A stretch of 64,000 nucleotides of DNA from Terriglobales bacterium. GTDB taxonomy: Bacteria; Acidobacteriota; Terriglobia; Terriglobales; Acidobacteriaceae. Shown here one piece after another: positions 63,597 to 64,000 of this stretch. Position 1 is the stretch's first letter. Each line of letters opens with the position of its first letter. The stretch covers positions 13,369 through 77,368 of the forward strand of contig JBAVUO010000074.1 in assembly GCA_049696815.1 (NCBI GenBank). Direction: 5' to 3'. A program made the translations under genes and the position numbers. The notes beneath the pieces were generated by a model. It saw nothing but the letters and a program-made list of their open reading frames with translations, was not told where the DNA came from and searched no databases.

Positions 63597-63897
63597 CGCG
63601 GTTCTGACTCCTCTTCAGTTGTTCTTGAAAACAGAGGCGGGTGCACGCATATGGCCAGAAGAAGTCGGGCATTGAAGAAACTAACAGCTTCAAGCACTTG
63701 GAGTTAGCAATGCGAGAGTCAAGCGACAACAGCACTTACACGGCGTTCGCGACGGAGGCTGGTTGCTGCCGACCGGCGCTCGGCATGGATCACGCCGATG
63801 GCCGTTCAGCAGCACATTCCCATGTGATAATGCTCACAGCCTGTTCGCCCGCGGGTGCGCGACCATAGAACGTACAAGAGTGGGGTGGAGGACTGGA

Positions 63898-64000
63898 ATG
63901 GTAAGAAAAGTCTTGATTCTTGGTGCGGCTGGCCGTGACTTTCATAATTTTAATGTTGTATTTCGCAACAATCCTTCTTACCACGTGATTGCCTTCACGG
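63898..64000 (+). CDS. 5' end of a COG2403-like predicted GTPase / cyclic-2,3-DPG-synthetase-family gene (partial)
   Basis: A GGTGGAGGA RBS precedes the ATG. MVRKVLILGAAGRDFHNFNVVFRNNPSYHVIAFT matches the family N-terminus as I remember it. The gene runs off the window. Confidence 0.55.
   Translation, partial: MVRKVLILGAAGRDFHNFNVVFRNNPSYHVIAFT

Overview
A 64-kb, high-GC, gene-dense chromosomal segment. The gene content points to an Acidobacteriota-like soil bacterium (inference): a TIGR03436-type VWFA protein, a GloVer-repeat protein, a Hanks kinase with TPR repeats, giant BNR/Big-domain exoproteins, and palindromic repeats in almost every intergenic region. I call about 57 protein genes and one tRNA-Lys(UUU). 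I see no rRNA, CRISPR array, transposase or integrase. Housekeeping blocks are purU, pntAA-pntAB-pntB, ugd-uxs, proC, lhgO, an orphan nuoI, metH, an fpg/nei-type glycosylase and a ferredoxin.

Main observations:
1. A DUF3179 membrane protein is interrupted by a single in-frame TGA. The TGA sits on the first Cys of its CxxC motif and is followed directly by a SECIS-like hairpin. This makes it a candidate unrecognised selenoprotein (UxxC).
2. A tightly coupled four-gene trehalose operon. Its OtsA carries an N-terminal TM-sensor-TM-HAMP module. The other genes are OtsB, an internally duplicated unknown protein and a TreT-like GT4.
3. A 1389-codon BNR/Asp-box surface protein is split by one in-frame TAG.
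4. At least five families of palindromic REP/MITE-like repeats. One seems to have left an in-frame insertion inside MetH. Another abuts a truncated VapC, leaving an orphan VapB.
5. purU, two tandem CrtI-like flavoproteins and a GcvT-like protein lie together, suggesting a THF-linked demethylation module.

Most long ORFs antisense to these genes are GC-driven shadow ORFs. Coordinates of small RNA or repeat features were read by eye and may be off by 1-2 nt.
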